Assembly: GCF_009914755.1 (NCBI RefSeq)
Contig: NC_060926.1
DNA length: 64,000 nucleotides
Reading direction: 5' to 3' (one strand)
Origin: the human T2T-CHM13v2.0 reference genome, Homo sapiens
Positions within the stretch are counted from its first letter, which is position 1. Every line of letters starts with the position of its first letter. Made by a program: the position numbers and the translations under genes. Positions 1 to 16,119 of the stretch are shown here, piece after piece. The notes beneath the pieces were generated by a model, which was not told the origin of the DNA, searched no databases, and saw nothing but the letters and a program-made list of their open reading frames with translations.

Positions 1-364
1 TGAGAAGAGGAGGAATGAGGAGGATCACTGGCCTTGAACCCCCAAAGAGAGGCTAGAGCACCTTTCTAGGACCCAGTCCAGGGTTTGTCTTGAACATCCA
101 GCTCCAAAAGAGATGCTGTGCAGATTCAAGCTGCCAAGTCCTGAAGGACCTGAGGGAAAACCCAACCCCAAGCAGCCCAGATGGTATCTGAGTATCCTGT
201 GCCCTACCCACGAAGATCAGGAGCCTAAAGGCTAGAGCTCACTGCAGAACCAGACCAAAGACAGTTTAAGGGCCATTGAGCCAAGCCTTCCTGACCTCCC
301 ATGGAGAGGGGAAGAGAGAACAGGACCTCCACTTATCCACCTACCCGCTGCTGAGTCCCTTTAG

Positions 365-600
365 CCCTTGGCATGGTAATTAACGGTCAGGAAGTTATGC
401 ATCAGCCTCAGCAAGCTAACATGGCAGGAGATCCCTCCTGACAGCAGAGCTAATAAGAAATTTGCTAATGCAATTTATCACTTTAAAAAGCCATATGTCG
501 GTGGGGATGAGCACTTCTCTGCAGCAGCTAGTGTAATTGTCAGAACAGAGCAGCGAGCAGCTCTGAGAAGGGGGTGAGGATGATGTCTTCACTAAATCAG
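365..600. promoter_or_regulatory. Putative enhancer-like unique block (homeodomain/POU/ETS motif cluster)
   Basis: Non-repeat sequence with GCATGGTAATTAACGG (371-386), CAGGAAGT (388-395), TTTGCTAATGCAATTTATCA and GTAATTGTCA; function is inference. Confidence 0.35.
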
Positions 601-1455
601 TGGTGCAATGCAGCAGGCGAGGGGGCTGGGAGGAGGGGTGTGGTGCTGGGTGGAGGGCTCCCAGCTCTCAAACTCCCAGGAAGCCAGTGCTGCAGACCTG
701 TTCTGGGGCCCCATTAAAAACCAGATTCCCTGAACTCCAGCCCCTGCTGCCTTTGAGCTGCATGAACCTGCGCTTTGGTTCCTGCCACAGTGTTAAAAAA
801 GAAGCGACTCTGTCTGCAGTAATGGCTGATCTAAGTCTCAGCCATTGAGTGTCAACACACAGGACCCCACTCCAGCTCCTCCTGGGGGCAGGGCTGATGC
901 CATGTGCACATTTGGTCTTTCTCTCCCAGACCCCTGCGATAACTTCATCCAGGACAAGGGCCACTGGTCCTTAGTCAGAGGCAGGGAAAGATTAGAAATC
1001 CACCTCAGGCCCAACAACATCTCTGCTTTCAGTTTAGACAAAAGGCAAATTGCTTTGAGTACCCAGTGTTTGCCAAAATAAAGAGTGGTTTCTGCAAAGG
1101 GGAAAAACTGCTGTTGTGGGATTTTGCTTCAAACACTCAATTGCAAACCATTTTTCCCAAAGCAAATTGATAGAGAAGCAAGTAAAACAGGTGCCCCTTC
1201 TGGGAATGAAGTCCAGGGCTGCTGGGAAGGCTGTGGGAAGGAATAAGAATATCCACACGGCTGGATCTCCACTGCTTTCTGGAATAGTCCCCACTCTCAG
1301 TTATCTGTGGAATGAGAGGGGCTGGGGAGAGGGATGAGGTAGGGCAAGCCACCACCACCAACACCCAGAGAAACATCACACTCAGTTTCCACCAACTAAA
1401 CTTCCCTCTAAAGCAAATTTTGACCCTAATTGTTCTCTGTCCTTTAAATTAATGC

Positions 1456-1750
<295 letters not shown>

Positions 1751-2226
1751 TAAATTAATGCTTTGAATTTTGCATGGAGACACTGAAGGAAGACAAAGTA
1801 CAAGGACCCAAGTAATAACCAATAGAAAGAAGAAATCCCATGCCAGGGGCCTGGACAGCCCAAGACGTGTATATAAGCTCCACGTTGCCTTCCTGTTTAA
1901 GACCTTCTGCTCAGCTCATACTGATGGAAATGGCATGGGTGGGCATGGGGGAAGTATAGCCTCATGACTCTCCAGCCTTCAGGGTGATGGGAGAGGACTG
2001 GCAACAGGAACCGGTATGATTTTTTAAGTGAGTCTTACCTTGCTGGAGCAGAGTTTTATGGCAACCCCCAAAGACCCCTGTGAATTGAGGCCCACCTAGG
2101 GTCCCAGGAACCCCTTTATGTGCCCTTTAAAATATGCTTTAATATCTAAGGTTCTATCATTTAATATTTATTTATTTTTAAATTTCCCTGATCCTCCTCC
2201 CATGTCTATTTTTCCAAATAAATCCT

Positions 2227-2600
<374 letters not shown>

Positions 2601-2649
2601 TGAGACTATACCAAATTAATAGATTAGTTTAGGGAAAAATTTTTTACCT

Positions 2650-3355
2650 TGTTTGGGAGGCAAAATATTTACCTCTACTCTCCTAGGGTTTTCAACAGGG
2701 CCTAAGAATTAAATCAACATAAAACATATTAATAGGAGGAAAGGAAACATAGTTATTTTAAAAAGTTTTACATGAGATGGGAGCCCTCATAAGGAAATGA
2801 AGACCCAAAGAAGCAGTTTAGAGTCAAACACTCATATACTGAGTTGGACAAAGAGTTTCACAAAGTAAATGATGGAAATGTGACAAGGCAAGGGGGCTCG
2901 AGCTGGGAAAGATGATCGTGAGCAGTGACTGGGAAGAGGAAGGTTGGTTTCCAAGGTCACTTTGTACAGATCCCTCTCAGCCTCCTCTCCCTGTCCCTGG
3001 TGATAAGACTGTTGCTTTCTGGCTGGCGTGGTGTCTCACGCCTGTAATCCTAGCACTTTGGGAAGCCGACGTGGGCGGATGACTTGAGGCCAGGAGTTGG
3101 AGACCAGCCTGGTCTGATGATAGGGAGACCCTCATCTCTATTTTTTATTTAAAATTTCTTTTAAAAAAGAATGTTGCTTTCCTCCTGGTGTAAGGAGGAC
3201 ATCTTTCATATGGGGCTTTTGTTCTTGCTTTCAGAAACAAAAAGGAGTGATCAGAGTGCCCTTCCGGTACCTGCTGGTTTTCATTTGCCTTTGGCTCAAA
3301 ATAACCCTTATGCCAAAGGAGGATATTTTGAGGTGGCATATTCTGCCACCCTTCA
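2650..3355 (-). mobile_element. ERV1 MER4-group solo LTR (MER34/MER31-like), interrupted by a FLAM
   Basis: TG...CA termini; minus strand begins TGAAGGGTGGCAGAATATGCCACCTCAAAATATCC, typical of the MER34-like LTR 5' end; flanked by old L1-like AT-rich sequence. Confidence 0.75.
3020..3166 (+). mobile_element. FLAM/Alu left monomer
   Basis: Alu left-arm sequence, A-rich tail, TSD aaga(c/a)tgttgctttc. Confidence 0.85.
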
Positions 3356-3712
3356 ACTTTTACAAAATTGAGTTTTTCTATTCAGATTAGAATATGTTTT
3401 TTCATTTGAATAAAATCTTGCTGTCCAAATACTTTTTAAAACTCCATATTGGCTCTGAATTACCTGCCTTCAAGGCTTATTTGGCAAAGAGACTGTAGAA
3501 TCTCATCCACTAAGCAGGAAATGTGTTATCTCTTCCTTGGTTATCAGGTGAATTACACTTTTAAAGAGAGCTGCCTACATGCCTTAACTTAAACCAAAAG
3601 GCACTGGGACAAATAGCCACCTGGGGATGTCCTTGCCTTGACCGCCAACCTAGACTCTAGGTCCTGCGGCCTCACTCATTCTCATTCCATACCACACACA
3701 GGAAGTCAATCT

Positions 3713-4152
<440 letters not shown>

Positions 4153-4264
4153 AATATAAAGTTTCTGCCTTTTATTAAGGTATGCGGTAGGGGCTAACCT
4201 GAGGGCAGGTGCTGGTGCTAAGGAAAACCTGCCTTGCGCCAGGTTCTCCGAATTATAGCCCCTC

Positions 4265-4565
4265 TTTTTTTTTTTTTTTTTTTTTTTTTGGGAGACAGAG
4301 TCTTGCTCTGTCGCCTATGCTGGAGTGCAGTGGAATGATCTCGGCTCACTGCAACCTCTGCCTCCTAGGTTCAAGCAATTCTCATGCTTCAGCCTCCCAA
4401 GTAGCTGAGACTATACAAGTCATGTGCCACCATGCCCGGCTAATTTTTGTATTTTTAGTAGAGACAGGTTTCACCATGTTGCCTAGGCTGGTCTTGAACT
4501 CCTGACCTCAAGTGAACCACCCGCCTCAGCCTCCCAAAGTGCTGGGATTACAGGTGAGAGCCTCC
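4265..4565 (-). mobile_element. AluS
   Basis: Antisense Alu with long poly(T). Confidence 0.95.
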
Positions 4566-4595
4566 GACTCATGCTTTTCTCATGTAACCCCTCTG

Positions 4596-4817
4596 CAGGG
4601 CCGGCTTCATGGATGGGTGAGCTCCAGCTTAGACGAGCCCTGCACTTGGTTTAATACTCTCCTGTTTAGCAGTTTCTGGAAAATAAGAAAAATAAAAAGC
4701 AATACTTAAAAAAAAACTAAAATACTAAAACAAAAGTTTAAAAAATATAGTAAATTCTTAATAATTTTGGAAAAGGGGACCCCACATTTTCATTTTGTAC
4801 CAGACCATGTTATCCTG
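4596..4817 (+). mobile_element. MER45A-like hAT-Tip100 MITE
   Basis: Starts CAGGGCCGGCTTCATGG, ends ...CCTG; near-identical 8-bp TSD cccctctg/tccctctg; A-rich insert at ~4680-4755. Confidence 0.75.
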
Positions 4818-5465
4818 TCCCTCTGCAACACTTTGAAGCTCAGAAACAGAAAGCAACAGCCCAGTCACACTTGGGATTGGCTGAGGGTCAGCGTCCAAGT
4901 CCAGGCAAGACCAGGTGCCGGTCCAGGCACTTGAGCAGCCTCTGCCAGGGCTTCTCTCTGCTTCCTGCAGCAGGCAAGGCCTCGTCCCATCTGCAAACGG
5001 GCCTGGGTGATGGATTTTTAAGGGGGACACCTCACAGAGGACTCCCCGCTCCCTTCCTCAGCTCCTGCTCCCTGCCTGCCTCCCAGGATCCACGCTATTA
5101 ACTCAGCCCACTCAGCAAACCCTCAGCAAATTTTGCTGGCTGTCGTCTGGACTACCTCAGGCCCAAGCCTGCTCAGTGTTTCCAGAGTTTAGACCCCAGG
5201 AGTGAGTAAGCAGCCTGCATTATCTCTCCAGAGTTCTGCCTCTCTCAAGACCTTCCAGGAGCCTGCATCGACAGGAGAGAGGAATTCCAGACCACTAGCA
5301 GGAGCACATCTGGTCCCTTGGGCCGAGGAAGCCATCACGGCAGGAGAAGAGAAGGGCCGGAGCTCCTGGGCCGTAATCCACAAGGGTTACTTAGCTGCCG
5401 AGCAGTGCAATCAGGGAGGAGGGAATGGTGGGCTCCTTCTAAAAGCTCAGGACCACATGTTCTAG

Positions 5466-6048
<583 letters not shown>

Positions 6049-6054
6049 TGAAAT

Positions 6055-7640
6055 CTTTATTAATTTAGCACTTGTTGCATGCTTATTTAGGGACAAATGT
6101 TCAATTCTCTGAGGACTGCTGAGAAATGTAAGATGCGGTTTGGCCTCCAGGAACTTAAGATCTACCTGAGCAGTCAATGGTAGCACACGTGAAAGAGCCA
6201 ATGAAATGCAATACAGTCAAATGGAACATGAGCAATGCCAAATTATTTGGCAAGACAGTAAGTGCTGAAATATAGTTTAACGAATTGTTCCTGAGGGCAT
6301 ACTGTGTGCCAGGCTGTGCTAGGTTCTAAGGGATACAAAGATATGTGAGACATGGTCCCTTCACTGGAAATGCTCAGTTCTAATTGGGGAGACACCCATG
6401 AACAGACAGTTTGGATATGTACAAGGTGCAGTGGCAGCACAGAGAAGGGCCACTGAGGCCAATCCAGGTGACGTGACGCCTGTGCTGCATCAGGGCAGCC
6501 ATGCCAAAGATGCCTGGAAGGATGTTCAAGGCAGAGAGGACACTATGAAAAGATCTGATGGCCTAGTGTGGTTGAGAATCACAGGTAGGGAGTTCTCAGA
6601 GGCAGGGAGAGGCAGAAAATAAGGTTAGAGAGGTGACTAGAGATGGGATCATGAAGAGCCTTGTTAAGAAAATTGACCTTGGCCGGGCGTGGTGGCTCAC
6701 ACCTGTAATCCCAACACTTTGGGAGGCCGAGGCAGGTGGATCACTTGAGGCCAGGAGTTTGAGACCAGCCTGGCAAACATGGCAAAATCTTGTCTCTACT
6801 AAAAATACAAAAAATAGCCAGGAATGGGGACATGCACCTGTAATCCCAGCTACTCAGGAGGCTGAGGTGGGAGAATCGTTCGAACCTGGGAGGCGGAGGT
6901 TGTAGTGAACCGAGATTGTGCCACTGCACTCCAGCCTGGGAGATAGAGCGAGATCCTGTGTAAAAAAAGAAAAGAAAGAAAGAGAGAGAGAGAGGAAGGA
7001 AGGAAGGAAGGAAGGAAGGAAGGAAGGAGGGAGGGAGGGAGGGAGGGAGGGAAGGAGAGAGAGAGAGAGAAAGAAAGAAAGAAAGAAAGAGAAAGAGAGA
7101 GAGAAGAAAAGAGAAGAGAGAGAGAAAGAAAATTGACCTTCTCTTAGTAGAGGCTGGGGGCCACCGAAGGGTTTTCACAGATAAGTCTCATGGCTGGAAG
7201 GAGGATGGACCTGCGGGGAATGAAACTGCAAGCAGGACAGCCAGTTAGAAAGCAATAAGAATGGTCTGGTCAAAAGTGATGGAGGCAGTGGCCACCGGGA
7301 TGAAGAGGAGAGGACATACTCTTCTTGCCGCCTAGAATGCATTTTCCCTCTTTTTTTCACCCAGTTCACTCTCACACATCCTTCAGATCTCAGTTTCTCT
7401 GGGATACTTTCCCTGACCCCCAGGTCAAGGCAGATCTTCCTACTGTGCCTTAGGATAGCGCTGGGTACCTTCATTCATAACTCTTCCCAGTCATCATTCC
7501 AGGCTTATTCCTGAGGTCATTTTATTGACATCTGAGTTCCTCACGAGGACTCTCAAATCCGTAGGTGTAGGATCATGTCTGCCTTCCTCACTGCATATCC
7601 CCAGTTCCTACACATAGTAGAGCTCAATAAATATTTCTGG
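6055..7640. mobile_element. L2 (LINE2) fragments in both orientations, interrupted by an Alu
   Basis: L2 3' motifs such as 'actgtgtgccaggctgtgctagg' and 'cacatagtagagctcaataaatatt'. Confidence 0.65.
6681..7125 (+). mobile_element. Alu with tail expanded into (GAAG)n/(GGAG)n/(GAAA)n
   Basis: TSD aagaaaattgacctt at 6666-6680 and 7126-7140 encloses the Alu plus a ~165-bp polypurine tail. Confidence 0.95.
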
Positions 7641-7849
7641 AATGAAGGGATGACAGATTTGACGGCTATTTGAGAGCTCTATGAGAATTCAGAAAATATT
7701 CCTATGAGTTGGAAGAGTTGACGTCAACTTCATAGACAAGATATGAACATAGAAAAAGTTAAATAACAACACAGCAGCAATACAATAGAGATGACAAGGT
7801 GGTAAGTGTCAGGGAGAACAGTACAAACACTGTGTGTTAAAGCAGGGAG

Positions 7850-8330
7850 TGTAGTAGCAGCTGTGATGTTTTTGTCAGCAAGTAACAAAAAACCCTGAAC
7901 TCAAACTGGAATTAGCTGCAAGGAAGTGTATCAGGTCTCAGCAGAGTTCAGAGGAAGGGCAGGCCAGAGGTGTTTGATACGGCACCTCAAGGACTCCTTT
8001 CCCTGCTGCTCCGCCATCCTCATGTGGGCTTCACCCCCAAGCTGGGTGGCAGGAAGTCCACAGCAGTTCTAGACATGGAACCATCCCACTCAAGAAGGAA
8101 AGATGGTCTCTTTCCACTGGCCAGAATTTGGTTATAAAACCATTCCCGGCCTGACCACTGGTGAGGGGGTTAACATTTCTGCAACTGGTTTAGACCAAGC
8201 TCCATCCACTCCTAGAACTGTGATGGGGTCAGTGCCCACTTAGTTACAAAGGAATCAGAAATCAGGATCTGTTAGACAACAATAAATGGGAAACTAGCTG
8301 TTGGGTGAAAATCAAGTGTCCATTGCAGCC
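7850..8330. mobile_element. Old MaLR LTR (MLT1J/K-like)
   Basis: Degenerate MLT1 motifs ('caagtaacaaaaaaccctgaactcaaactgg', 'ccactggccagaatttgg'). Confidence 0.5.
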
Positions 8331-8914
8331 CTCCCCTTTGTATACCTAATATCTGCTCACATCATTCATCCCATACTGAGAGATCACTCTGTGCTGAAAT
8401 TGTCTAGAAAAGTCTTGAGGAATGAAGTAGAACTTAAGTCTTCAAAGAAGGGCAGGACTTGGACAGGTGGAGAAGAACAGGCAATGAGAAATAGGTGGGG
8501 ATTAGACAGGGTTGCTCCCAAAATAAATGCTCCCTAAGAGCTACTGTTTAAATGCAGGCAATGTTGGGTAATGGAAAGAGATGGACTTTGGTGGCAAAAA
8601 GGCCTGGATTCACATCTTGGCTTTGCTACTCAAGTTTCTTAACCTTTGGGAATTTCAGGTTTCTCCTCAATGAAGTAGAACTGGAGGGTCTGGTCTCCTC
8701 GGAATGTGCTCAGGATCACATCAGACTGTTTGGGACAGAGACTTGCACACTGAAGGTGCCCAACACGTTTGTCTCCAATTGTCCTTCTTTGGAAAGGAAG
8801 GCTGTTCTGGAGAACACATTGAATTGCCAACACAAACTTCATTTCTAATGTGAAATAGAGGCATCAGGCTATGCTTGGATGCCAAAACTTGAAGCATGAG
8901 TTTTCCTTTGCTCT

Positions 8915-9543
<629 letters not shown>

Positions 9544-10659
9544 AGTTTTCATTTTAACTTGAGTCTTCGGTGAATGTTGGGCCTCTTCTTGTCTTTTTTA
9601 TTTCTAGCCCTTGACCTCTTTTGACATAAACTTTGAGGAAATCCAAGTGAGAAACAGGAAGACCATGGATGAAACATGGAGCCACGGATGCAGAGATGAA
9701 GGGTCCATCTAATGCCTCGGTGATCTAAGGTTTTGTCTAAGTGCCTGCCTGCCCAAGAAGACTAGAGCTATACTTCCGCATCCCTGGGGCCATCGCAGAC
9801 TCATTAGAGATCAGAAGATGTTGTGGACCCTCTTGTCAGAGAAATGCACATATGTACAAAGATTGTCGTATGTCATTTCTAGGGTTTCTGGAACACTCTG
9901 AAGCATCTCGTTAGACTGCGGAATGAGAAGCCCTGAATTAAGGGATTTGTTTGGAATGATCCAGCCCTAGTTTCTGCAGGAAATGGGAAAGGAACTGGCT
10001 TTGCATGAGTACAAAATCACTTAGTGGTTTCCAGCTTCAGGATCGGGGATGGCTGCTGCTGACCCCTTGCTCCAGACTCACACTCAGCCCCAGGCCTACG
10101 TACTGTTTGGAGATGGACTGTGTGCATGTGCAGACATTTAAGGGGGCCTTTTGGTGAGGGTGATGCTGACTTGAGAGAAACCAGCTCAGCATGTTTTAGA
10201 TACAGAATCTTTGTCCTGAAAGAGAGGATTGCCTCCTTAAAAGCTCTTAAGAATCCAAGGACAAAGAGACAGAAAGAGGGAGATGTAGATATAGAGAGAA
10301 AGAATGGATTCGAGATCTTTAAAAACAACAATATCAACAACAATCAGAGAGACTAGCCAGAAGGTCCGCTAATGTGAGCTGCATCTGGGAAGGAGCAGTC
10401 AAAGGGATGTAGAGCAGCAATCTTGAAACTGCACAGCACTTACGTAAGATTGAGAAAACATCAATTGTCCAGATCAAAGAATGGAAGGAGTGCTTTCTGG
10501 AGTTTATGAGAAGGTTAAAGCCTTCCCCAGCCTCCTGCCCATTGGTGCCACCTCTGCCCCCGCAGCTCCACAGTCCATGGTCTGCAGAGGCCCAAGGACA
10601 CACATACTGCCCTGCTGGAGTGTTAGCTGGTGTTAGGACTGCAGCAGCCGCTCCTTAAT

Positions 10660-10800
10660 GGAGCTCCCCAGGAGCCCAACCCGATCGCCTGCCTGCATTA
10701 TTAATGCATTATGTCATCTTTCCTTGCACTTGTTCTCAGCTGCTGAAATTTTATAGAGCTGTATTATTAATTGAAGCAATTAGTGCAGGGGATATCGGCA
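10660..10800. promoter_or_regulatory. Putative enhancer-like block with a palindromic POU/homeodomain site
   Basis: TGCATTA-T-TAATGCA palindrome at 10694-10708 and TATTATTAATTGAAGCAATTAG; function is inference. Confidence 0.35.
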
Positions 10801-11219
10801 CAGCCACATCAGAGGACTGGAGATGTGCAAGGCAAGAATCGCTCTCTCTTTGTGTCCCTTTCTCCCTCACTCCTGTCCTCTTCCCTGTGCCTCCCCACCC
10901 CGACGTCTCTTATTTCTACTCCACCCCCACTTTCCTGTCTCTTTTTCTTCCAGTTCTCTTTCAATATCACTCTCTAGAGATGTGAGTACCCACTACCCTT
11001 CTCAGTGAAAGCATTCACATATAGTCTCCCACCATTCCCCTAGCATGGACAGACAGACAGAATGACAGCGTCGCTGTGGCTGACTGATGCTTGGAGTCAC
11101 TGGCCTAGTTAAATTCAGATGAGAGACCATCCCTCACAATCCTGACATTGGCTCAGAGCCCCTGGTGATTGTGCATGGTGGTAGGTAGAAAAAAATGGGG
11201 CTCACTGTGTGTCAGACGT

Positions 11220-11460
11220 ATTCATTCATTCATTCACTCATTCATTGGTTCATTCATTCATTCGTTTACCTTCAGCGTGTACTCAGCCGTATGCTAGGTG
11301 CTGTGGGAAATAAACAAGGAGATAAATAGAGTTTTGGCTCTCTGGGACTGGTATAATACCCAGAGAGACCAGACTGGCCCTTGAAACCATTAGGGCAAAA
11401 TAGGGTGCAGCAAAGGGCCCCAGAGGAGTGATTTCCCCAAGGAGTGTCCAGATGCTTCCT
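11220..11460 (-). mobile_element. L2 3' end with (TTCA)n tail
   Basis: (TTCA)n at 11220-11262 followed by 'tgctaggtgctgtgggaaataaac'. Confidence 0.6.
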
Positions 11461-11486
11461 GGTGTTGAGAAGAAAGACCTAGGATA

Positions 11487-11615
11487 GGTGGGTATGGTGG
11501 CTCACATCTGTAATCCCAACACTTTGGGAGGCTGAGGCAGAAGGATTGCTTGAGGCCAAGTGTTCGAGACCAGGCTGGAAAACATAGTGAGACCCTGTCT
11601 CTTCAAAAAGAAAGT
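11487..11615 (+). mobile_element. FLAM/Alu left monomer
   Basis: Left-arm Alu consensus with short A tail. Confidence 0.85.
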
Positions 11616-12127
11616 AAGGCCTAGAGATGTGAAGTGGCCCTCAGAGGTGAGGTACTAGCAGGCTGCAGGAGGATGGGAACGGGGCAGCTCCAGCCGGGAG
11701 AAAGGAAGTTGCAGGCTGAGCAGGTATAGGATGGAGAGCCAGGAGGGACCGATGGCTCTTCACCCCAGGACATCAAGCCTCTCAGCCCAGCCCAGCTGGG
11801 GTTGAGACCTAGAAGTGACTGGAAAACCTGGCTGGGAGCCAGGACACCTGGACACCAGGGCTCAGCCTCAGATTCCTTTGTCAGGAATCAGACATGACAC
11901 CTGAGAGGCCACAGGCTCAAGTTCCCTGCAAAATAAACAGATACCAGGATGGAAACATCCAGAGTGAACAGTCACCCGCTGCCCCTCCCCACACTCACTG
12001 CCCCCCGACCCGTCATCAGGAACAGGTGCCCTTCATACTACAGAAAGAGACATCCTTAGAAGTCTGGAAGCCAGTGGTCTGCTTGGGTACGTTAGGTCTT
12101 AGTGGGAGTATGTGCTTGATTTTTTAG

Positions 12128-12432
<305 letters not shown>

Positions 12433-12450
12433 CATCTTTATATTTTTCTT

Positions 12451-12617
12451 TTACTGGTGGTGGTATTAGGATGGGGGAGGTTGTTGGTGGCTACCCTTGT
12501 GGTCTGACCTCACTTCCCTGAGCGCTGTTGACTCCTTTCCTTGGCCTGATGGTGCCCACTCATGAGGACCATCCTTATGCCACACTCCTATTGAAACTGA
12601 CTCCAAGGAAAGGGGCT
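12451..12617 (+). repeat. Local direct duplication, copy 1 (partner 13792-13962)
   Basis: About 9 mismatches over the ~130-bp core by manual alignment. Confidence 0.92.
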
Positions 12618-12714
12618 CCAAGGAAATTATGAAAAAGTTCAAGCATATGCAGAGAGACTAAAATGATGAACCCTCGTGTTACTATAGCCGAGTTTCAAAA
12701 ATTCTCAACTAATT

Positions 12715-13400
<686 letters not shown>

Positions 13401-13791
13401 CAGATAAAGGTAACATGCTCTTGTAAGGAAAGTCTGCTAACTTTTTTATTCTTTTTTTTTGTTTTTTGCTGTATTAAAACACAAACACACCCCTTTGACA
13501 GAGACAGGTTTTTATATATGGGGCTTATTTAAAGCTGGGAAAGGGTCCATCATTTGATAAACTCTCCCTAGGTGTGTGGCAGGGGCCAACTGTTAAGTGT
13601 TTACTCGTCTCAGCAACTGGAGATAAAGGTATAATTAAACAGATGACAGAAAGGTCACAGGCAGTAAATGAAGGAGGCCCACCAAGTCCAAGTGCCTGCT
13701 CTTACATTCTACTGGCGCCTACTCTCCTTATCCTCCAGGGCCACCCCTAGGGAAGCTAAGGCCAAAATGGGAAAAAGGAATAAAAGGTTAC

Positions 13792-13962
13792 TTACTGGTG
13801 GTGGTGTTAGGGTGGTGGTGGGGAGTGGTTTATGGCTACCCTTGTGGTCTGACCTCATTTCCCTGAGTGCTGTTGACTTCTTTCCTTGGCCTGATGGTGC
13901 CCACTCATGCTGACCATCCTTATGCCACACTCCTATTGAAACCTGCTCCAAAGAAAGGGGCT
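13792..13962 (+). repeat. Local direct duplication, copy 2 (partner 12451-12617)
   Basis: ttactggtggtggt...ctccaaagaaaggggct. Confidence 0.92.
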
Positions 13963-13989
13963 TAGGTGAGTGAGCTATAATATCACCTA

Positions 13990-14420
<431 letters not shown>

Positions 14421-15239
14421 GAAGGCCTTGAATACTAAGTAAAAAAGGAAAGATTTTGTCACATGAGTAGTAGGGAAGTATGGGAGATGCCTGAGCAAAG
14501 GGATGTTCTGATGGGGACAGAGAAGGCTTTCTGGTTTTATTTGCTTATTGGTTTGATCGTTGCTATTGACAATCACAGCCTTCCAGGCGATGAACCTTGG
14601 AAGGGTCTTAAACTGTCTACGCTCACGCACAGTCTTATTTAATGTTCATATTCAGCCCTGTGAAGTTGATGGTTTACAGATGAAGAAACTGTAGCTCAGT
14701 GATGTGTGATGCAATTAGCCATCAGCAGAGGAATTTGAACCCAAGCGTATCTTACTCCAAAGCCCCTAAGCACAATACCTTGCTGGCTTTGAGAAAATTC
14801 AGCTGCTATCAGGATATTAAAAAGGATTGGAATAGGAGGACAGCAAGGAGTCTCCTATCCTGGTATCCAAAAACAGTACTGGCACTAAAGAGAGGCTAAG
14901 TAAATCCTTGCTCATTTAAAGTGGATTGGGTGAAAGTTCTGGAAAGTCGTTTATCCTCAGCAGCCTGCCAGGAACTCAGTTTGGCACAGGACTCTGAGAA
15001 ACCTATTTCTACCAGGTAGGCTGGGGATCCACAGCTCTTAAAGTTTATTGTCTATTATAGCTGCTGGCAAGCCAAGCTGCTTGGCAGGACCATTCCCAGG
15101 GGCTGTGGCCAGGGCTAGGACCACTTGAAGGAGACAGATGCAAAGCCCTGCTGTGTGGAATTGGCATTTCTGCTTGCCCTATCCCAGGGCTTTCCCATTC
15201 CCAGCTCTACTCCAGGAGCATATGAGCTAGTGTCCCTAA

Positions 15240-15657
<418 letters not shown>

Positions 15658-16119
15658 ACACTGCATAAAATTTGTCTGCACATCCTGCTCAGCAGATTCA
15701 GCCTGCCACCTGCTCCCCAGCTACCTTCCACCAGCACTTCAGTTCCTCTTTTCCCCTCCCAGCAGCCAGCCCCTCTTGTCAGAAAACCTTCTGAAAACCT
15801 CATTTATCCTAGGATGTTAGGACATCAAATCCTATTCATTATCCTCTCCTACCCTAGGAAATCTGCATTCCATGCTGGAAATCCAGGCCCTTCAGGTTTG
15901 GGAAAATGGGGGTTGAGCTAACACCTAACCTGTCTAAGGACAAGGGCATCCTGGCTGATATCAAAGCAATTAGGAGAGAGTCTATAAGAAACTGATTCAA
16001 TCTAGGCATATCAAATAAAATGAGGCAAGTCCTTCTGTCTGCAAGTAAACACCTCCTGTGTGCCCATCAGCCAGGAACTAAGGGGCAAAGAGCCCCAAGA
16101 ATATACTCAGCACATGAAA

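Noticed and set aside
6741-7178. Low-complexity ORFs (LSFF/ERKK-rich), also at 39459-39758 and 17026-17268
   Set aside because: Translations of microsatellite or minisatellite tracts
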